From assembly GCA_016234205.1 (NCBI GenBank), contig JACRGN010000300.1, positions 1 through 57,607 of the forward strand: 57,607 nucleotides of DNA. Reading direction: 5' to 3'. Positions 18,658-27,685 of this stretch are shown in pieces; positions within the stretch are counted from its first letter, which is position 1; each line of letters begins with the position of its first letter. Origin of the DNA: Nitrospinota bacterium (GTDB lineage: Bacteria; Nitrospinota; Nitrospinia; UBA9942). The notes below the pieces were generated by a model, which ran no database searches, had not been told where the DNA came from, and saw only the letters and a list, made by a program, of their open reading frames with translations. The position numbers and the translations under genes are program-made.

Positions 18658-20854
18658 GATTGGTGGTATATTTAAATCTGTGAAAACACCCTATAACCAA
18701 TTAGAAATTTGCGAAAATTGCTCAAAAGCCCTATCTAAGATATTCGAGATAAGTCAAAAGATCTCTTCATCACTGAATCAGGACACTATAGTAAGGGAGG
18801 TATGTAAGGCAATAATAGAAGATTTTGGGTTCAGGATGGTATGGATAGGTATTATTACCCCTGATTCCTTTGAGGTAAAGCCTGTCTATCAGGAGGGATT
18901 TGAGTATGGGTATCTATCCTCCATAAAGGTGAGATATGATGAATCCCCCCTTGGAATGGGTCCAACAGGAACTGCTATAAGAACCAGAACCCCCTCTGTT
19001 ATAAATGATTACGAATCTGACCCGAGATTTGCCCCGTGGCTGTCAGAGGCTAAAAAGAGGGGATATAAATCGGGATGTGCCTTTCCTATGATAGCCTTGG
19101 AGAAGGTGCTGGGTTCAATAAATGTCTACAATGACAGAAAGCACGCCTTTGATAGCAATACAATAATGCTCCTTCAATTACTTGCCAATAATGCTGCAAT
19201 AGCACTGCACAATGCCCGGCTCTACGGAGAACTGAAAGGGATAGAGGAGAGGTATCGTTATCTTGTAGAAAACTCCCCTGATGTCATCGGGATAATACTT
19301 GACAGCAAGATAGCCTTTTTCAATGAGGCAGGATTGAGAATACTGGGATATACAAGAGATGAGATAATCGGTAAAGAGGTATCTGAAATCATTCACCCTG
19401 AAGATAGAGAAGTGGTGCTTAAGGATATAGAAATAGTCTTATCCGGAGGCTCTGTGCACCCAAGAGAATACAGGCTATTAAATAAAAAAGGAGATATTAT
19501 TTATGTGGAAGCAACCCGCAAAAAAATAGAATACGAAGGCAAACCGGCAGTGCAGTGCATTGTCAGGGATATATCGGAAAGAAAGAAGAGAGAGAACGAG
19601 ACAAAGGAATTGGAGGATAGGTATCGAAGTCTTATAGAAGACTCTCCTGATGCCATTGGAGTAATATACAATGGCAGGATAGTCTTTTGTAATAACAGGA
19701 CGATAGAATTACTCGGATATACCTATGACGAGATTAATGGTAAGGGGGCGATTGAGTTTATTTCTCCTGAAGACAGGGAAAGGGCATCAAAGAACCTTAT
19801 GTCAGTATTATCCGGAGCAACCCTACCAGCACCAAGAGAATATAAATTGGTAAAGAAGAATGGGGAATGTATTGATATAGAGTTAACAAGCAGCAGAATA
19901 GTATATAGAGGTAAGCCGGCAATACAGGGCGTAATGAGAGATGTATCTGAAAGAAAAAAAAGAGATGCCAGAATAAAAGAGATGGAGGAAAGGTATCGCA
20001 ATCTTGCAGAAAATTCTCCTGACGGTATTGGAGTAACATGCAATGGCAGGGCAGTTTTTATCAACAAAAAATGGGCAGAGGCACTTGGATATACCATAGA
20101 TGAGATTATTGGCAGAAATCCAATAGAACATATCCATCCTGAAGATAGAGAAAGGGCAATCAATAATATAAAGACAATATTATCCGGAGAGTCTTTACCA
20201 TCGCCAAGAGAATATAGGGCAATAAGAAAGAATGGAGAAATTGTTGAGATGGAGGCAGCCAGCAGCAGAATAATATATGAGGGTAAGACGGCAATACAGA
20301 GCATTTTCAGGGATATATCTGAAAGGAAAAAATATGAGAAAAAATTAAAAGAGATGAAGGAGAGGTATCGCAGTCTTGTAGAAAACTCTCCTGATGCTAT
20401 CGGAGCAGTGTGTGATGGCAGGATAGTTTTTATAAATGACAAGGGATTGGAGATGTTTGGATACACAAGGGATGAGATTATTGGCATGAATGTAGCTAAA
20501 ACTGTTTCCCCTGAAGATGGAGAGAGGGTATTAAATGATATAAAAATAGTATTATCAGATGAGTATATACCACCAAGGGAATACAAACTGCTAAAGAAAA
20601 ACGGGGAGACCTTTGATGTAGAGATAACCCGCAGCAAAATAGAGTATGAAGGTAAACCTGCAATACAGAGCACTATCAGGGATATATCTGAAAGGAAGAA
20701 GAGGGATAATGAGATGAGGGAATATATCCGGGAGTTAGAGATATTAAATAAGGTAGCAATAGAGAGGGAACTTCGTATGATAGAGCTGAAAAAAGAGGTT
20801 AATAAACTGCTCACCGAGATTGGAAGAGAGAAGATGTACAAGATTACAGAATGA
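18644..20854 (+). CDS. GAF + four tandem PAS domains + short coiled coil; no recognisable output domain (start codon uncertain)
   Basis: GAF-like N-terminus; four ~123-aa units beginning E(E/D)RYRxLxExSPD at nt 19250, 19619, 19991 and 20363, each ending RDISERKK. Confidence 0.8.
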   Translation: MSVVRIGGIFKSVKTPYNQLEICENCSKALSKIFEISQKISSSLNQDTIVREVCKAIIEDFGFRMVWIGIITPDSFEVKPVYQEGFEYGYLSSIKVRYDESPLGMGPTGTAIRTRTPSVINDYESDPRFAPWLSEAKKRGYKSGCAFPMIALEKVLGSINVYNDRKHAFDSNTIMLLQLLANNAAIALHNARLYGELKGIEERYRYLVENSPDVIGIILDSKIAFFNEAGLRILGYTRDEIIGKEVSEIIHPEDREVVLKDIEIVLSGGSVHPREYRLLNKKGDIIYVEATRKKIEYEGKPAVQCIVRDISERKKRENETKELEDRYRSLIEDSPDAIGVIYNGRIVFCNNRTIELLGYTYDEINGKGAIEFISPEDRERASKNLMSVLSGATLPAPREYKLVKKNGECIDIELTSSRIVYRGKPAIQGVMRDVSERKKRDARIKEMEERYRNLAENSPDGIGVTCNGRAVFINKKWAEALGYTIDEIIGRNPIEHIHPEDRERAINNIKTILSGESLPSPREYRAIRKNGEIVEMEAASSRIIYEGKTAIQSIFRDISERKKYEKKLKEMKERYRSLVENSPDAIGAVCDGRIVFINDKGLEMFGYTRDEIIGMNVAKTVSPEDGERVLNDIKIVLSDEYIPPREYKLLKKNGETFDVEITRSKIEYEGKPAIQSTIRDISERKKRDNEMREYIRELEILNKVAIERELRMIELKKEVNKLLTEIGREKMYKITE

Positions 20855-20859
20855 TAGTT

Positions 20860-21163
20860 GGACACAGATGGACACAGAAAATCAGGATACTTAAATACAG
20901 GAACACGAATTACACGAATAGACGAATAGCACGAATAAAAACTAATTTAGGAAATTCAATATTAGAGATTGCTTCGCCTTCGGCTCGCAATGACATGCAA
21001 GTCAAAGTGTCATTGCGAGGGGCGAAGCCCCGAAGCAATCTAATTTATTTTTTGCTTTATTAATTTGTGTAATTCGTCCATTCGTGTCATTCGTGTTCAA
21101 GTCTTTTGTTTTTTTTGGTTGCGGCTTTGCAACGCTGTGTGTATCTGTGAAAATCTGTGTCCC
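20860..21163. repeat. Triple-nested palindromic element (ctgtg arms > cacgaat arms > cattgcgag core)
   Basis: Outer 20860-20885 / 21136-21163; middle 20901-20937 / 21066-21098; core 20965-21042 gattgcttcgccttcggctcgcaatgac...gtcattgcgaggggcgaagccccgaagcaatc. Confidence 0.9.
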
Positions 21164-21177
21164 ATTTAATTTAAAGA

Positions 21178-22755
21178 ATGATAAGAATTATAGAAGATAT
21201 ACTAAATATCGGCTACCCGATTGACCCGTCTCCGATTATAAAAGATGAGGGATTTCGTAACAGCCTCGCAACTGTATATTTCAGACGCATAAAGGTTATT
21301 GCCTCATGTGCAATTATCCTGTATCTCCTCTCAAACTCAATTGATTATCCCCTCCCCTCTGAAAAATTTCTTTATGTCTTGTTTTTTAAAATAATTGCCA
21401 TAACATTTTATCTCTTAACAATATTCCTTTTGCCGCCAGATAAAGGAGTTGTCTTCTATAATATCGTTGGCCTCTCACAGCTATTCACTGCCTCTATAAT
21501 TAACGCAATCATAATCAGGCTCACAGGCGGCTATGATTCATACTGGGCTATTACCATAGGGATGGCAATAATGGTAGCATCTCTTTATCCCTGGCCCATC
21601 AGATTTATGCTCCCCGCCATGTCCGCCGCATACCTATGTTATCTTCTCCCGTCACTCTTTTTAGATGACATAATAAACTTCCATCCATTCATTACAAACA
21701 ATTTCTATCTCATAGGTATTCTGTTTGTATCACTCTTTATCTCATTCATACAGTATCGCTATCTGATGGTTGAATTTTATCTATACTCAAGACTGGAAAA
21801 GTCCAAAGATACCACTGACAACATTTTATCAGAAAGCATTAAACTTCAGGAAAGACTCAAGGAATCAAAGGAGGAACTCCTGCTCAAAAAGACCGAGGCA
21901 GAAGAAAAGGCAAGGGAGATGGAAAAGACTGTATCGGAGCTTTCAAATATAAAGCTGGCTTTATTAAATATAATGGAAGACCTGTATAATTCAAAAAAGA
22001 GGGTGGAAGACACAAATATTGAGTTAAATAAATACAACCGACTCAAATCGGAATTCCTTGCCAATATCAGCCATGAACTTAGAACACCTCTTTCATCTGT
22101 TATAGGCTTTAGCAAATTACTTCTGGATGACGATAATCTTGATCCCGACTCAAGAAAAAAGTATCTATCCATAATATTTCAAAGCGGCAACAGCCTGATG
22201 AATCTTATTAGCGACCTTATGGATATCTCAAAGATTGAGGCAGGGGAAATGGAATTAGAAATTAACCCTGCAAACATAAATCTTATAATATCAGAGACTG
22301 TTTTTTCTCTGCAGCCTATGATAACAGAATATAACCATACTGTTGAGGAAGAGCTTGCCCCCTCCTTAAAAGAGATTGAGGCTGACCATAGAAGAGTTCA
22401 GCAGATTCTTGCCAATCTCATGGTAAATGCTATAAAATATACTAAATACGGCGGAAAAATTACAGTTGCAAGTATAGATTCGGGTGATGAGGTATGGATA
22501 ACGGTTAAAGATACAGGAATCGGGATAGCACCTGAAGACAGGGAGATTATATTTGACAGGTTCAGACAGATTGATGGTTCCCTTACAAGAAAGGCAGGGG
22601 GGATAGGAATAGGATTGGATTTAACGAGGTCTCTTGTAAGGATGCACGGCGGCAGGATATGGGTCAACAGCGAGGTGGGAAAAGGGAGTGCATTTACAGT
22701 TACACTGCCGAAGAAACATAGTTGCAAGATGCAAGATGCAAGTTACAAGACTTGA
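21178..22755 (+). CDS. Membrane sensor histidine kinase (multi-TM N-terminus, coiled coil, HisKA, HATPase_c)
   Basis: H-box [13 protein letters not shown]; N, G1 and G2 boxes ([23 protein letters not shown]). Confidence 0.88.
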   Translation: MIRIIEDILNIGYPIDPSPIIKDEGFRNSLATVYFRRIKVIASCAIILYLLSNSIDYPLPSEKFLYVLFFKIIAITFYLLTIFLLPPDKGVVFYNIVGLSQLFTASIINAIIIRLTGGYDSYWAITIGMAIMVASLYPWPIRFMLPAMSAAYLCYLLPSLFLDDIINFHPFITNNFYLIGILFVSLFISFIQYRYLMVEFYLYSRLEKSKDTTDNILSESIKLQERLKESKEELLLKKTEAEEKAREMEKTVSELSNIKLALLNIMEDLYNSKKRVEDTNIELNKYNRLKSEFLANISHELRTPLSSVIGFSKLLLDDDNLDPDSRKKYLSIIFQSGNSLMNLISDLMDISKIEAGEMELEINPANINLIISETVFSLQPMITEYNHTVEEELAPSLKEIEADHRRVQQILANLMVNAIKYTKYGGKITVASIDSGDEVWITVKDTGIGIAPEDREIIFDRFRQIDGSLTRKAGGIGIGLDLTRSLVRMHGGRIWVNSEVGKGSAFTVTLPKKHSCKMQDASYKT

Positions 22756-23148
22756 AACCTCTATGGAAGAGTTAAAGGGCTTTAAAAAATTAATTGTATG
22801 GCAGAAGGCTTACGATTTCGTATTGATGGTTTACAAATATACACAGGAATTTCCTTCTTCCGAGCTATACGGTTTAACATCACAGATAAGAAGGGCTACA
22901 GTATCTATTTCGGCAAATATTGCCGAAGGCAGTGAAAGGCAGCACAAAAAAGAATTTTTACAATTTTTATCTATAGCAAGAGGTTCTCTTGCAGAGGTAG
23001 AAACATATTTAATGTTAGTTAAAGATTTAGGTTATATCAGTAAAGATAGATTTGTTGAGTTAGAGAAACAAAGACAGGAGATTGGAAGATTATTGAGAGG
23101 ATTATATAAGTCTTTATCTTGAAACTTGCAACTTGCATCTTGCAACTT
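22721..23148. repeat. 21-bp 'tgcaag' stem enclosing the four-helix-bundle gene
   Basis: GTTGCAAGATGCAAGATGCAA (22721-22741) pairs with TTGCAACTTGCATCTTGCAAC (23126-23146), one mismatch; cttgaaac at both 22751-22758 and 23118-23125. Confidence 0.8.
22763..23122 (+). CDS. Four-helix-bundle protein (23S rRNA intervening-sequence protein family)
   Basis: About 119 aa; FKKLIVWQKAYDF...QIRRATVSISANIAEG...ARGSLAEVETYL pattern typical of TIGR02436/PF05635. Confidence 0.85.
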   Translation: MEELKGFKKLIVWQKAYDFVLMVYKYTQEFPSSELYGLTSQIRRATVSISANIAEGSERQHKKEFLQFLSIARGSLAEVETYLMLVKDLGYISKDRFVELEKQRQEIGRLLRGLYKSLS

Positions 23149-23164
23149 AGGTTAGGAGGTTTTC

Positions 23165-23821
23165 ATGGCTAACATACTTGTAGTAGATGATGATAAGAAA
23201 CTGACTCTCCTTGTGAGAGGTTTTCTTGAAAAAGAAAAATATCAGGTAGCAGAGGCATATTCGGGGAGAATGGCTTTAGATGCCATAAAAGAAACAAAAC
23301 CCGACTTAATAATCCTTGATATAATGATGCCTGAAATGGACGGCATAGAGGCATGCAAGAGAATTAAGGCTGACAAAGATACAAAGATGATACCTATAAT
23401 CATGCTTACCTCAATGAGTACTGTAAAGGACAAGGTTATAGGGCTGAATGCGGGGGCTAATGACTATATAACAAAACCTTTTAATCCTGAAGAATTGATA
23501 GCAAGAGTTAAGGCACAGCTTAGAATCAAATTTCTGGAGGCTGAATTATTAAGAAAAGAGGAGGTTGAGGCAGTGGTAAAGATGGGCATTACAACCGCAC
23601 ATGAAATAAATAACCCCTTAACCGTTATAATCGGGAATCTTGAACTTCTACTAATGAAGAAAGAAAACCTTAGTGAGGAAGATTCAACAAATTTAAACTC
23701 CATCTTAGAAAGTGCTATAAGAATTAAGGAGATAGTTTCAAAGATGATAAATATTACCAGAATTGTTGAAACCGAATACGCACAGGGAAAAAAAATGATT
23801 GATCTGTGGAAGTCAGGCTGA
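23165..23821 (+). CDS. Response-regulator receiver fused to a HisKA-like DHp helix pair, no ATPase domain
   Basis: REC (DDD...DLIILDIMMP...TKPF) then H-box-like TTAHEINNPLTVIIGNLELL; AGGAGG RBS. Confidence 0.8.
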   Translation: MANILVVDDDKKLTLLVRGFLEKEKYQVAEAYSGRMALDAIKETKPDLIILDIMMPEMDGIEACKRIKADKDTKMIPIIMLTSMSTVKDKVIGLNAGANDYITKPFNPEELIARVKAQLRIKFLEAELLRKEEVEAVVKMGITTAHEINNPLTVIIGNLELLLMKKENLSEEDSTNLNSILESAIRIKEIVSKMINITRIVETEYAQGKKMIDLWKSG

Positions 23822-23870
23822 AAGAAGTGTCAGAGAGTTAGAGTGTCAAAGTGTCAAAGAAGATAAAAAC

Positions 23871-24524
23871 ATGGTTGAGATTATCCTTGTCATAATAGCA
23901 AGTTATCTTATCGGCTCTATATCACCAAGCATAATCCTCGGAAAAATATTAAAAGGGATAGATATTCGTGAACATGGCAGTGGTAATGCAGGCTCAACGA
24001 ATGCCTTTAGAGTTCTTGGCAAATGGGCAGGTATAACAGTCCTCCTATTGGATATTTTTAAGGGCTATTTTGCAGTTAAGTTTATAAGCCCTCTATCAGG
24101 AGAAAATCCAGTCATAGTAAGCTTGCCGAATCTATCCCCTACCCTTGTCGCCATCCTATCAGGTTTTGCAGCCATTATAGGGCATGTATGGACACTCTTT
24201 CATTCATTTAAGGGTGGAAAGGGGGTAAATACTGCAACAGGGGTTCTTTTAGCATTGATTCCAATACCAACTATTTTGGCTGCAGGCATCTTTTTAATTG
24301 TGCTACTCACAACAAGATATGTATCCCTTGGCTCAATGCTTGCCTCTCTATCACTCCCAATAATATTGATAATAATGTCATTGCGAGCCAAAGGCGAAGC
24401 AATCCCTTCGGAGCTGATTATATTTGCGGCTATCATCCCCATCTTTATTATCTATACACACAGAGCAAATATAAAGAGACTGATGAGAGGAGAAGAGAAT
24501 AAAATAAAATTAGGCAGGGGTTAA
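23871..24524 (+). CDS. plsY: Glycerol-3-phosphate acyltransferase PlsY
   Basis: YLIGSISPS, GSGNAGSTN, HVWTLFHSFKGGKGV, HRANIKRL motifs. Confidence 0.92.
   Translation: MVEIILVIIASYLIGSISPSIILGKILKGIDIREHGSGNAGSTNAFRVLGKWAGITVLLLDIFKGYFAVKFISPLSGENPVIVSLPNLSPTLVAILSGFAAIIGHVWTLFHSFKGGKGVNTATGVLLALIPIPTILAAGIFLIVLLTTRYVSLGSMLASLSLPIILIIMSLRAKGEAIPSELIIFAAIIPIFIIYTHRANIKRLMRGEENKIKLGRG
24377..24406. repeat. Half 'cattgcgag' repeat unit in-frame inside plsY
   Basis: gtcattgcgagccaaaggcgaagcaatccc, translated SLRAKGEAIP; same family as the 20965-21042 core. Confidence 0.7.
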
Positions 24525-26234
24525 TTCCTTTATTAATCCTCTAACTTGCTTTTCCATATCAGAGACAGGCACAATAATTCTTTTATTACTCTTTCTTATC
24601 TTAATTTCCGCCTTCCCTTCCTTAAGATTTTTTTCACCTATAATAATCTGAATCGGTATTCCTATGAGGTCCGCATCCTTAAACTTTATCCCGGGTCTTT
24701 CATCCCTGTCATCCACTAAAACCTCAATACCTGAGTCTGTTAATGTCTGATAAATATTTTCAGAGGTATGGACAACATCTGTATTCTTCATATTTAATGA
24801 GAGGACAATCGCCTGAAATGGTGCAATGGGCATGGGCCAGATAATACCGTTATCATCGTGATTCTGCTCTATTGATGCGGCTACAGTCCTCCCCACACCT
24901 ATCCCATAGCATCCCATCACAATTAACTTTTCCTTGCCATTTTCATCCAGATATGTTGCCTTTAATGACTCACTATATTTTGTCCCGAGTTTAAACACAT
25001 GCCCCACCTCTATACCCTTATAAACCCGGAGTGTCCCATTGCATCTCGAACACAGATCACCATCCTTCACCATCCTTATATCTCCTGATAAATCTATTTT
25101 AAAATCTGTGTTTATATTCACATTGACCCTATGAGCGTCTTTAAGATTTGCACCTGTAACAAAATTTTTTATCCCCATGACTGAATTATCAGCCACTATT
25201 TTTAAATTCAATCCAACAGGACCCGCAAAACCTGATGGTGCAGAAGTAACATCCTCTACAACCTTTTCCCCTGCAAGATTTATTACATCACACTTAAGCA
25301 GTTTTTTTAGCTTTGCCTCATTCACATCATGGTCGCCCCTTACAAGTGCCGCAACAATTCCGTTCTCTGTCTCAAATATAAGTGTCTTAACTATCCTTTC
25401 CTTTTCCACCTTTAAAAACTCTGATACTTCGTCTACACTCTTTTTATCAGGTGTACTAACAACCTCCATAGGTTTTAATTCTTCTCTTGCATCTTGCATC
25501 TTGCATCTTGCATCTTGTCTCACTTCCGCCTTCTCTACATTTGCCGAATAATCACAGCTTTCGCAGGTAGCTACTGAATCCTCCCCCGAATCTGCAAGGA
25601 CCATAAACTCATGTGAGAAACTCCCCCCTATCTGCCCTGTCTCAGCCTCTACTGCCCTGAACTTAAGCCCGCATCTCCTGAATATATTACAGTATGCGTC
25701 ATACATCTTCCTGTATGTCTCCTCCACCCCTTTTTCATCCAGGTCATAACTATATCCATCCTTCATTGTAAATTCCCTGCATCTCATAACCCCGAATCTT
25801 GGACGGATTTCATCCCTGAATTTTGTCTGTATCTGATAGAGATTCAAGGGGAGCTGTCTGTATGACCTTACCTCCCTCCTGACTAAATCGGTGATGACCT
25901 CCTCATGGGTCGGACCATAACAGAAGTCTCTATCGTGCCTGTCCTTTACCCTGAGCAGCTCTCTTCCATAAAGATTCCATCTCCCGCTCTCCTGCCACAA
26001 TTCTGCAGGCTGAATACTCGGAAGAAAAACCTCCTGTGCCCCTGCCCTGTTCAATTCTTCCCTGATGATATTTTCAACCTTCCTCTGTGCCATAAGCCCT
26101 AATGGAAGGAGGTCATATATTCCAGCGGCAAGCTTCCTTATCATCCCCGCCCTGACCATGAGCTTATGGCTAATCACCTCTGCATCAGACGGTGCTTCTT
26201 TTAATGTTGGTAAAAACATTTTTGAAAATCGCAT
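24510..26234 (-). CDS. proS: Prolyl-tRNA synthetase (bacterial type with editing insertion)
   Basis: Class II aaRS motifs (FRDEIRPRFGVMRCREF, GIEVGHVFKLG, GCYGIGVGR). Confidence 0.98.
   Translation of the reverse strand: MRFSKMFLPTLKEAPSDAEVISHKLMVRAGMIRKLAAGIYDLLPLGLMAQRKVENIIREELNRAGAQEVFLPSIQPAELWQESGRWNLYGRELLRVKDRHDRDFCYGPTHEEVITDLVRREVRSYRQLPLNLYQIQTKFRDEIRPRFGVMRCREFTMKDGYSYDLDEKGVEETYRKMYDAYCNIFRRCGLKFRAVEAETGQIGGSFSHEFMVLADSGEDSVATCESCDYSANVEKAEVRQDARCKMQDAREELKPMEVVSTPDKKSVDEVSEFLKVEKERIVKTLIFETENGIVAALVRGDHDVNEAKLKKLLKCDVINLAGEKVVEDVTSAPSGFAGPVGLNLKIVADNSVMGIKNFVTGANLKDAHRVNVNINTDFKIDLSGDIRMVKDGDLCSRCNGTLRVYKGIEVGHVFKLGTKYSESLKATYLDENGKEKLIVMGCYGIGVGRTVAASIEQNHDDNGIIWPMPIAPFQAIVLSLNMKNTDVVHTSENIYQTLTDSGIEVLVDDRDERPGIKFKDADLIGIPIQIIIGEKNLKEGKAEIKIRKSNKRIIVPVSDMEKQVRGLIKELTPA
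25486..25517. repeat. 7-bp 'cttgcat' tandem (about 4.5 units) in-frame inside proS
   Basis: cttgcatcttgcatcttgcatcttgcatcttg, translated (minus) QDARCKMQDAR; same word family as the arms at 22721/23126. Confidence 0.8.
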
Positions 26235-26242
26235 ATAGAATA

Positions 26243-26412
26243 AAATAAAAAGATTAAGGAGAAAGGGGGAAAAGGAAAATTAGGAGAATAAAATATATAT
26301 ATAAGGAAGCCATGAAGCCATGAATTTATTAAAATTTTCATGGATTCCTGGATTCCTAATAAAATTAGTTTTTCTTCTCCATTTCTCCATCTTCTTCTCC
26401 CTTTCTCCTTAT
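26243..26412. repeat. Nested element: ggagaa arms around a gaagccatga/tcatggattc hairpin
   Basis: aaagattaaggagaaaggggg...aaggaagccatgaagccatgaa...ttcatggattcctggattcct...ttctccatttctccatcttcttctccctttctcctta. Confidence 0.85.
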
Positions 26413-26418
26413 AGATTT

Positions 26419-27465
26419 TTACATCTTTTTTGCCTCATTTAGCAAGGCATCAAATATTTCTTCTTCCTTAACCTTTTTTACGACTTTCCCTTTTTTGAAT
26501 ATAAGCCCAACGCCCTTTCCACCTGCAACACCTAAATCAGCCTCTCTTGCCTCCCCGGGGCCATTCACAACACATCCCATAACTGCAATCCTAATCGGTT
26601 TTTTTAAAGACCTTACCGCATCCTCAACCTTAAGTGCAATTGATTCTAAATCTATCTCGCATCTGCCACAGGTAGGACAAGATATTACCTCAGGATTGGT
26701 TTGCCTTATTCGCAGAGCCTTTAAGATTTCAAACCCAACCTTTATCTCTTCAACAGGATCAGCAGTCAGAGAAACTCTTAAGGTATCACCTATACCCTCA
26801 TTTAACAAGATACCGATACCTATAGCCGATTTTATCGTCCCTGAAAAGAATGTCCCTGCTTCTGAAATGCCTATGTGAAATGGATAATCTACCTTTTCTG
26901 ATAGAATGCGATAGGCATCAACTGTCCTTTCTATATCAGATGCCTTGAGTGACACCTTTATCTGATTAAAATCCATATCTTCAAGGATGCCTATATGCAT
27001 CAAGGCACTCTCAACCATTGCTTCAGCAGTAGGTCCGCCATATTTCTCCCACAAATCTTTATCAAGAGAGCCGGCATTTACACCTATCCTTATTGGAAGC
27101 CCTTTATCCTTAGCAGAATTTACTACCTCTTTAACCTTCCACTTATCCCCAATATTTCCCGGATTTATCCTTAGCCCGTCAACACCTTCCTTTATTGCCC
27201 TCAGAGCAAGCCTGTAATCAAAATGTATATCTGCAATCAGAGGGATTTTTATCCCCTTTTTTATCTCTCCCAATCTCTCTGCGGCATCCATATCAGGGAC
27301 TGCCACCCTGATTATCTCACATCCTGCATCTTCCAGTTTTCTTATCTGGTTTAATGTAGCCTTTACATCCCTTGTATCCGTATTTGTCATTGACTGGACA
27401 GATACCGGTGCATCCCCGCCAATCTTAAGATTTTTTAGGGTTATAACCCTGCTCTTTCTTCTCAT
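26419..27465 (-). CDS. ispG: 4-hydroxy-3-methylbut-2-enyl diphosphate synthase
   Basis: VSVQSMTNTDT, RINPGNIG, CPTCGRC...GCVVNGPGE. Confidence 0.98.
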   Translation of the reverse strand: MRRKSRVITLKNLKIGGDAPVSVQSMTNTDTRDVKATLNQIRKLEDAGCEIIRVAVPDMDAAERLGEIKKGIKIPLIADIHFDYRLALRAIKEGVDGLRINPGNIGDKWKVKEVVNSAKDKGLPIRIGVNAGSLDKDLWEKYGGPTAEAMVESALMHIGILEDMDFNQIKVSLKASDIERTVDAYRILSEKVDYPFHIGISEAGTFFSGTIKSAIGIGILLNEGIGDTLRVSLTADPVEEIKVGFEILKALRIRQTNPEVISCPTCGRCEIDLESIALKVEDAVRSLKKPIRIAVMGCVVNGPGEAREADLGVAGGKGVGLIFKKGKVVKKVKEEEIFDALLNEAKKM

Positions 27466-27480
27466 TTTATAGAAATTATA
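27466..27480 (-). promoter_or_regulatory. TATAAT box 9 nt before ispG ATG, no SD
   Basis: Minus strand reads ggttttataatttctataaaATG immediately after the hairpin element. Confidence 0.4.
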
Positions 27481-27483
27481 AAA

Positions 27484-27600
27484 CCATTAAGGAGAAAGGG
27501 GGAAGTGGGAGAGATGGGGGAAAATAAATTCTTTTTAAAAATATTTCCTTTCTCCCTTTCCTCAATTTCCCATTTCTCCTTAATCTTTTTCTTGTTTTAT
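27484..27600. repeat. 'ggagaa/ttctcc' inverted word-repeat element
   Basis: cattaaggagaaagggggaagtgggagagatggggg...tttctccctttcctcaatttcccatttctccttaatcttttt. Confidence 0.85.
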
Positions 27601-27685
27601 TTTTTACTATAAAACAGTTTTAAACTCCATGTCAAAACAAATATAATATTGACTGTGTGTGCTTAAATATGTTACTTATTTAACC

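Noticed and set aside
19723-20865. 380-aa ORF antisense to the GAF-PAS gene
   Set aside because: It is fully embedded opposite a well-supported coding frame. The translation is low-complexity (S/L/I/F-rich) and periodic because it mirrors the four PAS repeats. There are no start-site signals.
20851-21063. Small ORFs translated from repeat elements (also 5074-5265, 14267-14641, 17531-17786, 39568-39867, 52634-52825)
   Set aside because: They lie wholly within palindromic word repeats. Their peptides (for example SLRGAKPRSNL, VIPVKMGIQ, HRGTETQRK) are frame translations of the repeats rather than genes.
22763-23122. Four-helix-bundle gene as the Avd component of a diversity-generating retroelement
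   Set aside because: Avd belongs to the same protein family. However, the window has no reverse transcriptase, no template/variable repeat pair and no target gene with a C-type-lectin fold nearby.
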